Below are positions 44,128 through 54,729 of a stretch of DNA of 64,000 nt, one piece after another; the stretch's first letter is position 1; each line of letters opens with the position of its first letter. The DNA comes from Phycisphaerae bacterium (GTDB lineage Bacteria; Planctomycetota; Phycisphaerae; UBA1845; Fen-1342): contig JASFQK010000025.1 in NCBI GenBank assembly GCA_050115495.1, positions 30,462-94,461 on the forward strand. The letters are read 5' to 3'. The notes under the pieces were generated by a model. It saw only the letters and a program-made list of their open reading frames with translations. It was not told the origin of the DNA and ran no database searches. The position numbers and the translations under genes were made by a program.

Positions 44128-45360
44128 CTATGCCTGGTTGCCTCGTCGCCTCGTTGCGTCGTTGCCTTCTTCCCCATTGGCATGCGTCACGACTTCAAGC
44201 CGCGGCGTCAGCGGCCAGCCCGAGACGTGCACCTCGCTCCGCCCGTCGAGCAGCCCCAACAACCGCTGCCCGATGAACTGCCCCCGCCATCCGCGCAGCA
44301 GCGCCGGCGGATCATTGATCCGGCCCGCCCGGTACGCCAGCAGCTCGCGCAGCCGCTGACTGTTCCCCACCAGTTCGTGGCTGACGTTCTCTTCGTAGCA
44401 CGCCGCCCGCGTCACCGCCGACAGCACGTCCAGCATGACCTTGCTCATGGGCAGCTCTTCGGGCGTGCGATGTGGCTCCGGGTACTGGCTCTTCGGAACC
44501 TTCTGGGCTTCCTCGATAATGTCGAGGATCTCGCGGATGATTTTCGGATTCCGCGCCTGCGGAAAGCCCCGCAACACCGAGAGGTCCGACGCCTGCTTCG
44601 GCCGCCGCCGGGCGATCTCCACCAGCACGTCATCTCGCATCAGCGCCCGCAGCGGCCGGTTCCGCTGCTGCGCCCACCGGTCCCGCCAGTCGATCAACAG
44701 CGCCAGCACGACCAGTCCCAACCCATCCAGCCGCTTCGTACCCCGCAGCCGGAAGAGCCGGTCTTCCACCGGCGGCTGGTAATACTCGGGCTCCTCGAGC
44801 CGTCGGAAGTCCTCCGCCGCCCACGACGTCCGCCCGGTGCGTTCCAGTTCCGCCGCCAGCCGGTCATGAATCACCGGCAGGTGAATCACGTCCTCGACGG
44901 CGTAGCGTAGCTGGGCTTCGGTCAGCGGCCGGCGCAGCCAGTCGGTCAACGTCTGCGCCTTGCTGATCCGCCGCCGGGCGATCTCCCCCACCAAACGCAC
45001 CAGGCTCATCGGATAGCCGTACCCGACGAAGCCGGCGGCAATCTGCACATCGAAGACGTTCCGTGGCGGCTTCCCGGTCGCCCGCAGGCAGACCTCGAAG
45101 TCCTCCTTGCCGGCGTGGACGACCGTCAGCACATCCTCGTCGGTGACCAGATCCCAGAACGGCGCCAGATCCAGGTTCCCGGTCGGATCGACCAGGACGA
45201 CCTCGTCGCCGCCGGCCACCTGGACCAGACACAGCTTTGATTCGTACGTCTCGTCGCGGATGAACTCGGTGTCGAAGGCGAAACGCCCCGCCCGGCGCCA
45301 AGCGCTACAATGCGCCTCCAGCGCTCCCTGGTCGGTGACAATCTCAACCTCTGCCATCAT
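44128..45360 (-). CDS. rnd: Ribonuclease D
   Basis: AFDTEFIRDETY, HAGKED, FDVQIAA, TDWLRRPL..QLRYAVEDV, HRDC region, GWR. Confidence 0.93.
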   Translation of the reverse strand: MMAEVEIVTDQGALEAHCSAWRRAGRFAFDTEFIRDETYESKLCLVQVAGGDEVVLVDPTGNLDLAPFWDLVTDEDVLTVVHAGKEDFEVCLRATGKPPRNVFDVQIAAGFVGYGYPMSLVRLVGEIARRRISKAQTLTDWLRRPLTEAQLRYAVEDVIHLPVIHDRLAAELERTGRTSWAAEDFRRLEEPEYYQPPVEDRLFRLRGTKRLDGLGLVVLALLIDWRDRWAQQRNRPLRALMRDDVLVEIARRRPKQASDLSVLRGFPQARNPKIIREILDIIEEAQKVPKSQYPEPHRTPEELPMSKVMLDVLSAVTRAACYEENVSHELVGNSQRLRELLAYRAGRINDPPALLRGWRGQFIGQRLLGLLDGRSEVHVSGWPLTPRLEVVTHANGEEGNDATRRRGNQA

Positions 45361-45768
45361 CTTCCCTGTCGCGCGCCGGCCCGTTCTGGCGGTCGATACC
45401 TCGAACGAGCATCGGCGGATGGGCTGGACCGCGCACAGCCACCCGAAGGCAGCCGGCAGATTATAACCGCTGCCGATCCCCGCGCATCTCGGGCGGCACC
45501 GGTCGCATCTGCCGGCGGCCCGCAATCATCGGCCCTTGGTGGCGAGGGGCGGTGCCCGCGGTGCTGGCCTCCGTGCCCGCGCCGTGGACCCGGCCAAGGC
45601 ATCCTGCCCAGGCCCAGGCCCGCTCGCCCGCAAGGGTTCGTGCCCTCCTTGGCACGCTACGCCGGGCCGCGCCAGGCAGCCCGCCGATAACTGCGGATAT
45701 CGTCGAACCTTGCGCGGAGTAGTGAACCATAATCGGCAAACAACAGCCTGTTGCGCGGGAATTGCGCG

Positions 45769-45805
45769 AACAAAACGGGCGGCCACGCTCCTCGTGGCCG
45801 CCCGT
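45769..45805 (-). terminator. Intrinsic terminator of rpsB-tsf
   Basis: 13-bp perfect stem ACGGGCGGCCACG/CGTGGCCGCCCGT followed by a T-rich tail on the minus strand. Confidence 0.8.
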
Positions 45806-45835
45806 CATCAGACTACTGTCGTGTCGTCGGACGCT

Positions 45836-46663
45836 CTACTCGCCCCCGACCTCGTACCGGATGTACTGCCGGACGCTCAGGCCGGCGGCGACGTTGCCGA
45901 GCATCGCCCCCACCGACACCTTGTCATCCTTCACGAAGGGCTGCTCGAGCAGCACGATGTCCGAGTACCAGCGATTGAGCTTGCCCTCGACAATCTTGTC
46001 GACGATGTTCGCCGGCTTGCCCTGGACCTGCTCCTGGGCCACCTTGCGCTCCTGCTCCACGAGCGCCGGATCGACCTCTTCCCGCCGCGTACAGGCCGGC
46101 CGCATCGCCGCAATGTGCATGCAGACGTCGGTCTTCGCCTCGACGGGACAGTCGGCGGTCATCTCGACCACCACGCCCACCTGCCCGTTGTGGTGCAGGT
46201 AGTGCCCGACGTGCCCGGCGAGCCGGCCCACGCGGGCGACGCGGATGTTCTCCCGCAGCCGGTTCACCACGTCGGTCATCAGGTCCTGGATCGTCCGACC
46301 GGGCTCGTCCGGCAGCGGCTGGCTGAGCACGCTCTCGGGCGTGGGATTGTCCATCTTCGCCGCCACCCGCGCGATCGCATCGGCGAGCGTCGTGAAGTCG
46401 GCGGTGTTGGCCACCGGGGCCGTCTCACACTGCAGCTCGACGATGCCGCCGCAGCCGGTTCCCGGATCCACCACGCAGGCCACGCGGCCTTCGGAGGTGT
46501 CGCGCGCGCTGCGCTTGCCGACCTGGCCGAGCCCCTTCTTGCGCAGCAGCTCGATGGCCTTGGCCTCGTCGCCGCCGGCCTCGTCCAGGGCCTGCTTGCA
46601 CTCCATCATGGGCAGACCCGTCTTCTCGCGGAGGGCCTTCACCATCCCGGCTGTGATCGCCAT
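45836..46663 (-). CDS. tsf: Translation elongation factor Ts
   Basis: VKALREKTGLPMMECKQAL, LRKKG, SEG, ENI, MHIAAM, LLEQPFVKD; AGGAG RBS. Confidence 0.97.
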   Translation of the reverse strand: MAITAGMVKALREKTGLPMMECKQALDEAGGDEAKAIELLRKKGLGQVGKRSARDTSEGRVACVVDPGTGCGGIVELQCETAPVANTADFTTLADAIARVAAKMDNPTPESVLSQPLPDEPGRTIQDLMTDVVNRLRENIRVARVGRLAGHVGHYLHHNGQVGVVVEMTADCPVEAKTDVCMHIAAMRPACTRREEVDPALVEQERKVAQEQVQGKPANIVDKIVEGKLNRWYSDIVLLEQPFVKDDKVSVGAMLGNVAAGLSVRQYIRYEVGGE

Positions 46664-46756
46664 GCCTCAACTCCTTCTTGGGGGGCGCTACACCCCGCGC
46701 CTCGCCGGCAATGCCGCGAACCACCCCCCAAATACTCTCTGCCCAGTCGAAACCCG

Positions 46757-47743
<987 letters not shown>

Positions 47744-47865
47744 GCGTCACCTCCTCTGGACAGGCTCTCCGCCCACGCCGCCGGGGCTCAGCCCGGGGGC
47801 GTAGCTTCACGCTACAAACGGCCTTACGTACAGCATCCGCTGGCGCCCACGCCGCGGAATCGCGC

Positions 47866-47895
47866 ATGCTACCGCCGTCCGCCCCGTCCCGTCAA
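47866..47895 (-). promoter_or_regulatory. Sigma70-like promoter of rpsB-tsf
   Basis: Minus strand TTGACG-N18-TAGCAT. Confidence 0.5.
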
Positions 47896-48100
47896 GCCCC
47901 CCGTTGGCCCCTTTGCCCCTATACGCCTCTGCCCCTTCCCCCCCACCGCGCAGTCCTTGCCTGCTTCCCCGCCGCCCCGGGCCTCCCCGCCACCCTCCAT
48001 CAAGCGCCGCCGGCCCGGTTCCGATAGTACCTGTCGGCGGGTGCTGCGCGCCAGGGACGGGTACGCTCCCGGACCTGGGCTGATTCCCCGCCGACACAAA

Positions 48101-49117
48101 ATGTCCGAAGTACTCGACCAGAGCGAAATCGACGCCCTACTGGCCTCCGTGGCCAGCGACGAAGCCCCCAGTGCCGTCGCGACCGCGGGAGTGGACATCC
48201 CCGATGCGCCCGTCCATACCGAGCGCGAGTTCACCACCTACGACTTCAAGCGGCCGGAGCGGGTCAGCAAGGACCAGATACGGGCCCTCGGCTCCCTCCA
48301 CGACGGCTTCGCCCGGAACTTTGGCGCCACCCTGTCCGGCTTCCTGCGGACGATCATCGACGTCCGGGTCATCGGCGTCGAGCAGCTCACGTACAGCGAG
48401 TTCGTCCATTCGCTGCCCAATCCGACCTGCTTCATCATCGTCCACGCTCCCCCGCTCGAAGGCCAGATGTGCCTCGAGCTCAGCCCGCTCATCGTCTTCC
48501 CGATCATCGACCGCCTGCTCGGCGGCAGCAGCGCCGAGCTCTTCATCCCCCAGCGGCCGCTGACCTCCATCGAATGGCGGCTCATCAACCGCCTCGTCGA
48601 GCGGGCCCTCGAACACCTCTCCGAAGTGTGGCGCAACCTGATCGATGCCCGCTTCGAGGTCGTCGAGGTCGAGAGTAACCCGCAGCTCGTGCACATCGTC
48701 GCCCCCACCGAGGTGGTGGTCTTCATCACCTTCGAGATCAAGATGGGGCAGTGCGCCGGCACGATGAGCATGTGCATCCCCTTCAACACCATCGAGTCGG
48801 TGTTGAGCAAGCTCACCACGCAGTCCTGGTTCGGCTATCGCGCCAAGGGCGCCACCCCCGCCGAACAGCAGCGTGTCCTGCGCAACCTCACTCGCGGCAA
48901 GGTCCATCTGTCCGCCTTCCTTGGCCAGACCCGCGTCCGTCTCAGCGAGCTGCGCAGCCTCCGCCCCGGCGACATCATCCAGCTCGACAAACACGCCTCG
49001 GAAGAGCTGATCCTCCAGATCGAGGGGCACAACAAGTTCGCCGCCCGCGTCGGCCAGCTCCGCGGCCGCCGCGCCCTTTGCCTCACCCGCCGCGCCGAAG
49101 GCGACGAACGCCTCTAA
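48101..49117 (+). CDS. fliM: Flagellar motor switch protein FliM
   Basis: MSEVLDQSEIDALL CheY-binding peptide, YDFKRPERVSKDQ, IDRLLGG, ESNPQ, SpoA-like C-terminus. Confidence 0.95.
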   Translation: MSEVLDQSEIDALLASVASDEAPSAVATAGVDIPDAPVHTEREFTTYDFKRPERVSKDQIRALGSLHDGFARNFGATLSGFLRTIIDVRVIGVEQLTYSEFVHSLPNPTCFIIVHAPPLEGQMCLELSPLIVFPIIDRLLGGSSAELFIPQRPLTSIEWRLINRLVERALEHLSEVWRNLIDARFEVVEVESNPQLVHIVAPTEVVVFITFEIKMGQCAGTMSMCIPFNTIESVLSKLTTQSWFGYRAKGATPAEQQRVLRNLTRGKVHLSAFLGQTRVRLSELRSLRPGDIIQLDKHASEELILQIEGHNKFAARVGQLRGRRALCLTRRAEGDERL

Positions 49118-49965
49118 CCCCCCTCACCCCCGCCCTCCTCCACTTGCCAGCCGGCCTGTTCGTCCCCCGGCAGCGCCGCCCGGCACACGGTCGCCGCGTA
49201 GATCCGCCGAGCCCCCGCCCGCCGCACCGCCTTGGCCATCTCGTGCATCGTCGCCCCCGAAACCAGCACGTTGTCCACGATGCACACGCACTTGCCGGCC
49301 AGCCGCTTCTCCATCCCCGGCCGGACGGCGAAGCAACCGCGCACGTTATCGAACCGCCCCGCCTGCGACGGCACGCGCGTCTGGCTCTGGCTGTGCCGGA
49401 CTCGCCGGACGGCGCGCAGCATCGGCCGGTCCAGCCTGCCGGCCAGCGCCGCCGCCAGCACGGCCGCGTGGTCACAGCGCCGTTGCCAGCGCCGCAGCAG
49501 CGTAGTCGGCACGGGAATGACGTAGTCCAGCTCCGCCCGCCAGCCGCGCTTCACGATCGCCGCCGCCAGCAGCTCCGCCAGTAGCGCCACACCCCGCTCG
49601 TCCCCGCCGTACTTCAGGCCCGTGACCAATCGCTCCAGCGGCGGCTCATACAGCCCCAGCCGCACCAGACCGGCGATGTTCCAGAACTTCTCGTGCAGGC
49701 AGCGGGCGCACCCCTCCTCGTGAATCGCGGTCGAGGCCAGGGCCCGTCCGCATCGCGGGCAATACGTCCACCGGATGCTCCGCACCACGCGCCGCCGGCA
49801 ACCTTCACATAGCACGCCCTCCGTCGCCGGAATCCAAGCCCCGCACCCCGCGCACGTCTGCGGCACCAGCGCGTCCCACGCTGCCGCGACCACCCCGGTG
49901 ACCACCCTCCGCAGCGTTCGGGCTCGGCACCGGACGTCTTCGGCGGGCCTTGAATCTTGCGCCAT
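49114..49965 (-). CDS. comF: ComF family double zinc ribbon/phosphoribosyltransferase-like protein
   Basis: CxxC pairs, LKY, IPVP, R..NVRGCF, IVDNVLVSGAT. Confidence 0.85.
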   Translation of the reverse strand: MAQDSRPAEDVRCRARTLRRVVTGVVAAAWDALVPQTCAGCGAWIPATEGVLCEGCRRRVVRSIRWTYCPRCGRALASTAIHEEGCARCLHEKFWNIAGLVRLGLYEPPLERLVTGLKYGGDERGVALLAELLAAAIVKRGWRAELDYVIPVPTTLLRRWQRRCDHAAVLAAALAGRLDRPMLRAVRRVRHSQSQTRVPSQAGRFDNVRGCFAVRPGMEKRLAGKCVCIVDNVLVSGATMHEMAKAVRRAGARRIYAATVCRAALPGDEQAGWQVEEGGGEGG

Positions 49966-50021
49966 GAGCCTTGAGCCCCAGGCGGGATGCCGCGTTGCCC
50001 AGCGCGCCGAGCCGCCGGACC

Positions 50022-50288
50022 TTACGCCCCCGCCTCGTCCTCCTCCGCGGCCGGCTCCGCCTCGAACGGCACCGCTCGCGGCGGCCCTCCGGCCTCCAAC
50101 TGAATCTTCTGGATCCGCTGCTCGGCCTGGTCCAGAACCTCTCGGCAATGCGCGGCGAGCTGCATGGCCTCCTCGTACCGGGCCAGCGACTCCTCGATAC
50201 CGATCTCGCCCGACTCCATCGCCGCCACGATGGCGTCCAGCCGCTCCATCGCCTGTTCGAATTTCAGCGTTTTGACCGACTTGGCCAT
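50022..50288 (-). CDS. xseB: Exodeoxyribonuclease VII small subunit
   Basis: FEQAMERLDAIVAAMESGE..IEESLARYEE..L..HC..L..AEQRI. Confidence 0.93.
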   Translation of the reverse strand: MAKSVKTLKFEQAMERLDAIVAAMESGEIGIEESLARYEEAMQLAAHCREVLDQAEQRIQKIQLEAGGPPRAVPFEAEPAAEEDEAGA

Positions 50289-50406
50289 GGGATCTGCTCC
50301 AGCCGCACCGCGAGGAAGGTGGCTGCCCGCCGCCGGCGAACCGCAGGACATGATGACCGCCGCCGGTGGCGCCGGTCAAGCGCCGGGCCGTCCCGGAAAA
50401 CGGCTT

Positions 50407-50435
50407 TTGACAACCGGCGCCGCTTCACCCATACT
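50407..50435 (+). promoter_or_regulatory. Sigma70-like promoter
   Basis: TTGACA-N17-CATACT upstream of the CDS at 50539. Confidence 0.6.
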
Positions 50436-50538
50436 CCGGCAAACCGCGTGTTCGCGGGCCGGTTACCCGTCGGGCAAAGGCCCGGCGACGCGAACACGCC
50501 GCCGACGGGCGTGGTTTTCGACCCTTAGGAGTATGCGC

Positions 50539-51957
50539 ATGGCCGGTCGTCCAGCAACAGTCCGCGGCGGCGGACTGACCGGGCTTCATTATGGCCTGAT
50601 CGCCTTCGTCGTTATCAGCCTGGTCTCGCTGGCCGGGTTCATCCTCCAGCTCACCAAGGTGAAGGAGGCCACCGAGCGGGCTGCCAGTGTCCAGCGCCGC
50701 CTCGACAAGTACGGCCGCCCTCCGGCCCCGATCGGCACCTACTGCGAGAACGAGGCCACCGCCCGCGGCACCACCGTCTTCAGCGTGCTCGGCACCGACC
50801 GCGACAAGATGGCCGAGCTCATCGCCGGCACCAAGGACACGATCGCCCCCTCTCTCGAAGAAGAGGTGAATGGGCTCCTCGCCCAGATCGCCGACAACAA
50901 GCCCGGCGTGGTCAACCCCGGCGACACCCTGCTCACGGCGGTCCGCAAGCTCGACGAGCAGCTCACCCAGGCAAACAACACCAACCACGCCACGGCCACC
51001 GAGCTGGCCGAGAAGAAGCTCGATGTCGAGTCGCTCACGCAGCAGCTCAAGGCCGCCCGCGACCAGTACGAATCCCAGGTTGAGCAGCTCACCGCGCAGC
51101 ACGAGCAGGACCGGCAGAACTTCGCCGACCAGCTCAGCGAGAAAGAGACCCAGCTCGCTGACATCCAGAACACGCTCGAGGTCCGCGAGCAGCAGCTTCA
51201 GCAGCTCCAGCGTGAAGGCGCCACAGATCTGCGTGAGAAGCAGCTCGAGCTCGATCGGGCCAACCGCCAGATCGCCGACCTGCAGAAGAACATCCAGGCC
51301 CTCAAGGGCAGCTTCGACGCCGACGCCATCCTGAAGAAGGCTGACGGCCGTGTCCGCCGCGCCCTGCCCGGCAGCGACGTCGTCTACATCGACCTCGGCG
51401 CCAAGGAGGGCATCAACGTGGGCATGACCTTCGAGGTCTACCCGCAACTGGGCGGCCCCACCCAGTCCATCCGCGGCAAGGCCTCCCTCGAGGTCGCCAC
51501 GGTCATGGAAGACACCGCCGAGTGCCGCGTCACCCGCACGACCGCCGGCCAGCCGATCATTGAGGGCGACATCGTCGTCAACATCGCCTACGAACAGAAC
51601 CGCAAGCCCAAGTTCGTCGTCCGCGGCGACTTCGACCTCAACTACGACGGCCAGATCGACGCCTTCGGCGGCGTCGACCAGATCGAGGCCATCATCCGCC
51701 AGTGGGGCGGTCAGGTCGTCCCCGAGCTCGACGAGAGCATCGACTTCGTCGTCATCGGCGTGCCGCCGCGACCGGGCGAGGTGCCCGCCGGGGCGAGTGA
51801 CATCGTCCGCGACCAGGCCGAGCGCCGCCTGCTCGAGCGCACCGAGTTCGGCCGCCTGATCGACCAGGCCCGCTCGATGTACATCCCGGTCATCACGCAG
51901 AACCAGTTCCTGTTCCTAACCGGCTACGCCGGCGACGGCGTCACCCGCGAGCGGTAA
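50539..51957 (+). CDS. Membrane-anchored coiled-coil protein with beta-barrel and C-terminal BRCT-like domain
   Basis: N-terminal TM, long Q/E/L coiled coil, VYIDLG...GMTFEVY, KFVVRG...IRQWGG.V...IDFVVIG...ARSMYIPVI; AGGAG RBS. Confidence 0.75.
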   Translation: MAGRPATVRGGGLTGLHYGLIAFVVISLVSLAGFILQLTKVKEATERAASVQRRLDKYGRPPAPIGTYCENEATARGTTVFSVLGTDRDKMAELIAGTKDTIAPSLEEEVNGLLAQIADNKPGVVNPGDTLLTAVRKLDEQLTQANNTNHATATELAEKKLDVESLTQQLKAARDQYESQVEQLTAQHEQDRQNFADQLSEKETQLADIQNTLEVREQQLQQLQREGATDLREKQLELDRANRQIADLQKNIQALKGSFDADAILKKADGRVRRALPGSDVVYIDLGAKEGINVGMTFEVYPQLGGPTQSIRGKASLEVATVMEDTAECRVTRTTAGQPIIEGDIVVNIAYEQNRKPKFVVRGDFDLNYDGQIDAFGGVDQIEAIIRQWGGQVVPELDESIDFVVIGVPPRPGEVPAGASDIVRDQAERRLLERTEFGRLIDQARSMYIPVITQNQFLFLTGYAGDGVTRER

Positions 51958-51985
51958 GGCGAGAGCCCGCATCAACGCAACTTCC

Positions 51986-52023
51986 GCGGGGCGCGGCCCA
52001 CCAGCCGCGCCCCGCTGTGTTTT
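51986..52023 (+). terminator. Intrinsic terminator
   Basis: 12-bp stem GCGGGGCGCGGC/GCCGCGCCCCGC followed by TGTGTTTT. Confidence 0.75.
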
Positions 52024-52128
52024 GCCGGCCCGATCGTCCACGCCACGACAATGCCGCCGTCAGCGGGCGCGGCCTATCTACCGGGAACTCGGCCGGGGAT
52101 TGCGCGTACAGGAAACGAGGCCCGCCGG

Positions 52129-53361
52129 TCAGGAAGGCGGAGCAGCATCAAACGCCATTCCGACCTGCGCGCTCAGGATGGGATAGTCGATGCGGCAACG
52201 AAAGCCGCGGAATCTGGAACCGTCCCAATGCGTCTTCTCACACACGTGGTTCAGGATCGCCGCGTAATTGGGAATGTCAGCCGTCCTGAACCTCGACAGT
52301 CCGCACCCCAACGCCTGAATCGTCTCGCGAATATCCAGACGATCCACATCGCGCGATCGGTCGTTCACGTCGGCCAGACCGCAGATGCCGGGGAGGTACT
52401 GGATCAATGTCGGCGACGAGCCGCACTCCACGTCCTCGTGCAGCAGGACATCAAGGTTGTAGACGCGTGCGGGATTCTGTATGTCGCCCCCGGCGGCCCT
52501 CTGGCCCTTCGGTTCGTAACGAGGTTGCATGCGGTAATTGACTTCCGCCATGATCAGATCCGAGGCCGAATGCAGGCCCAGGCCGCGATCCCCCAGCATG
52601 TAATGCACAACGTCGCCCGAGCGTTGCGCTTCGAGCGACGCCAACGGCGCGGTGCAGAACTGCTCCAGCACAGCGTTTTCCATCGATGTGATCGCGACAC
52701 CGTCGAGCGTGCGGGGAACGCGCGGCGTATCGGGCTGGGGCAGCCGCATCGTCGTCAGCTTCACGGAGCTGCCGGGACGCAGCCGGCGAAGCCCGAGCAT
52801 TCCGCATAGAAAGACCGAATCGAGATGCTCGCCATCCTCAGAGGGATGGAGAATGATCGTCTCGAACAGGATGTCGACGGCAGCCCCCAACAACTCGCTC
52901 ATCGCCCGAAACGCGGCCTGCTTCCTCTTGAATTCGAACTCCTGCCGCGAGGCCGGCAGCCAGACGCTCAGGATGGCGTCCAGTGCACTGCGGCCGCCCA
53001 CTTCGTTCTCAATGAGCGCTTGGAACTGGTCAATCGCCCTCTCGGCCGGCGTGATGTACTCCTCGGGCACGCTCTTCCGGCTCGCCGCTGACACTAGGCG
53101 GCGTAGTGGCTCCGGGCCGGGGGTGCTGCTCAGCGTCGCCAGCGGCTCCGCATGTCGAACAGCCTTGACCACCCGCGACGTCAGGACCTTGTCGATCCCG
53201 AGCCGGCGTGCGAGGCCCGCCGGTCGATACGGCCCACCAGGAACCGCATCGATCACGTCCTGTATGGTGCGTCTCAGGTCGTCGCCGATGCGGCAGAGCC
53301 TCTCCTCTGCGTCACTCGCATCCAGGCCGGAGAACTCCGACGTTTCCTTGAGATCAGCCAC
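52129..53361 (-). CDS. Hypothetical protein with N-terminal HTH-like motif (putative transcriptional regulator)
   Basis: PAGLARRLGIDKVLTSRVVK HTH-like segment; AAAGGA RBS before GTG; divergent from the PEP-CTERM gene. Confidence 0.7.
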   Translation of the reverse strand: MADLKETSEFSGLDASDAEERLCRIGDDLRRTIQDVIDAVPGGPYRPAGLARRLGIDKVLTSRVVKAVRHAEPLATLSSTPGPEPLRRLVSAASRKSVPEEYITPAERAIDQFQALIENEVGGRSALDAILSVWLPASRQEFEFKRKQAAFRAMSELLGAAVDILFETIILHPSEDGEHLDSVFLCGMLGLRRLRPGSSVKLTTMRLPQPDTPRVPRTLDGVAITSMENAVLEQFCTAPLASLEAQRSGDVVHYMLGDRGLGLHSASDLIMAEVNYRMQPRYEPKGQRAAGGDIQNPARVYNLDVLLHEDVECGSSPTLIQYLPGICGLADVNDRSRDVDRLDIRETIQALGCGLSRFRTADIPNYAAILNHVCEKTHWDGSRFRGFRCRIDYPILSAQVGMAFDAAPPS

Positions 53362-53397
53362 TCGCGGATTCCTTTGAACAACTGCCCGTACAACAGC

Positions 53398-53508
53398 ATC
53401 TTAGCAGGATCCGGACCGGATGCAACCGTAATGATTGAGTGTCCCGGAAGGTGGTATGAGAATATCCCCGATATTCGATTGACACTGCCGTCCCCGCTTG
53501 TCTACAAT
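53398..53508. promoter_or_regulatory. Divergent promoter region with palindromic operator candidates
   Basis: Minus strand TTGCAT-N16-TAAGAT (53398-53425) with ATCCGG-A-CCGGAT; GAATATC-CCC-GATATTC (53460-53476); plus strand TTGACA-N18-TACAAT (53479-53508). Confidence 0.65.
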
Positions 53509-53738
53509 GAACCCGGTCGCCAAAGGTCCTCCGTCGCGAGCCCCGGGGCTCGACGTACTGCACCGGCCATCGCTCACGCAGCGAGATTCCGCAGACGGCC
53601 ATTCGCAGGACGGGTGATCTCGGCGAGCGTCGAGAGGGTCGGATGAGGCGAAATCGCTCCCGCCTATGTTGTCGGGGCTATTCGACGATGTGCCTCACCG
53701 GCCCGGAGCACACCGGGGGAGGAGAGAGTGAGGAGACT

Positions 53739-54428
53739 ATGAGTAGCACACGCAGGCACGGAGCGGTTCAGTTTGCACTCGGTCTTGCGGTGGTCCTGAC
53801 GCTCACGACAACCACATCAGCCGACGTGCTCTGGGATCAGAGCAACTACATCGCCGGCGAGTCCATCATGGAACACGAGTTCACTGACGCCGTTGAGATG
53901 AACACCTATGTCGTTACGGATGTCATATCCACCGGCTGGGTGGTTGACAGCGTCAGCACCTACTTCACCTCGTTCGCCGGCGACTGGAATGGCGTTACCG
54001 AGGCCCGCTTGAACGTGTTCAGCTTCGTCCGCGAAGCCCCGCTGCCCCTGAGTTCGGATGATCCAACCACGGGCACGGTCGTCCCGGTCACGATGACGGA
54101 AATGGGGGATCAGACCTGGAAGGTCACGGCCTCCGGCCTCGACCTGGATCTGCCTGCCGGCGCCTACTGGGTCGGTCTGACGCCGCTCGCCGGGACCATT
54201 ACCGAAAACCGGCAGGAATTCCGCGTCGCCGCTCCCAAGATCGGCTACGAGTCCGCCTTCCGTAATCCCGGCGGCGTCTTCGGCTTCACCGACTGGTATT
54301 ACGTCCACGCCTTCGGCGGGGAGTGGCCGAACTACGACCCTGCCATCCTGATCGAGGGTGTCCCCGAACCTGCCACAGCGAGTCTGCTGGCCCTGGGTGC
54401 CCTCGCCGTGTTGCGACGCCGCCGGTAG
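53739..54428 (+). CDS. PEP-CTERM sorting domain surface protein
   Basis: Signal peptide ending TTSA-DVLWDQ; C-terminal VPEPATASLLALGALAVLRRRR; AGGAG RBS. Confidence 0.93.
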   Translation: MSSTRRHGAVQFALGLAVVLTLTTTTSADVLWDQSNYIAGESIMEHEFTDAVEMNTYVVTDVISTGWVVDSVSTYFTSFAGDWNGVTEARLNVFSFVREAPLPLSSDDPTTGTVVPVTMTEMGDQTWKVTASGLDLDLPAGAYWVGLTPLAGTITENRQEFRVAAPKIGYESAFRNPGGVFGFTDWYYVHAFGGEWPNYDPAILIEGVPEPATASLLALGALAVLRRRR

Positions 54429-54498
54429 CACGCCACCCGCTGGACAGCGATGCCCCGTCACGCTCAGACGCGGGCATGATGAGTTCCGCCTGGCTCCA

Positions 54499-54550
54499 GA
54501 AGTACTCTCGGTTAGCCCTTTCCGGGCGAACCGGGAGTACTTCGCTTGTT
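54499..54550 (+). terminator. Long hairpin after the PEP-CTERM gene (probable terminator)
   Basis: GAAGTACTCTCGGTT/AACCGGGAGTACTTC 15-bp stem plus GCCC/GGGC, followed by GCTTGTT. Confidence 0.6.
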
Positions 54551-54643
54551 ACGTCGACACACCGAAGACTGCTGCCGGACGCAAGGAAGTGCAGCCGCCC
54601 GCCCCCCCCCTGCTGCACCGCAAGCCAAACCTCCGAACCCCTC

Positions 54644-54672
54644 TTGACTATTCGGTTTTTGTTAGGTATACT
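54644..54672 (+). promoter_or_regulatory. Near-consensus sigma70 promoter ~575 nt upstream of dnaE2
   Basis: TTGACT-N17-TATACT. Confidence 0.7.
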
Positions 54673-54729
54673 TCCCTTGACGAAAACAGCTGTGCAGCCG
54701 TCCAAGCTGGTGTGTGGCCTGTCCCAGGC

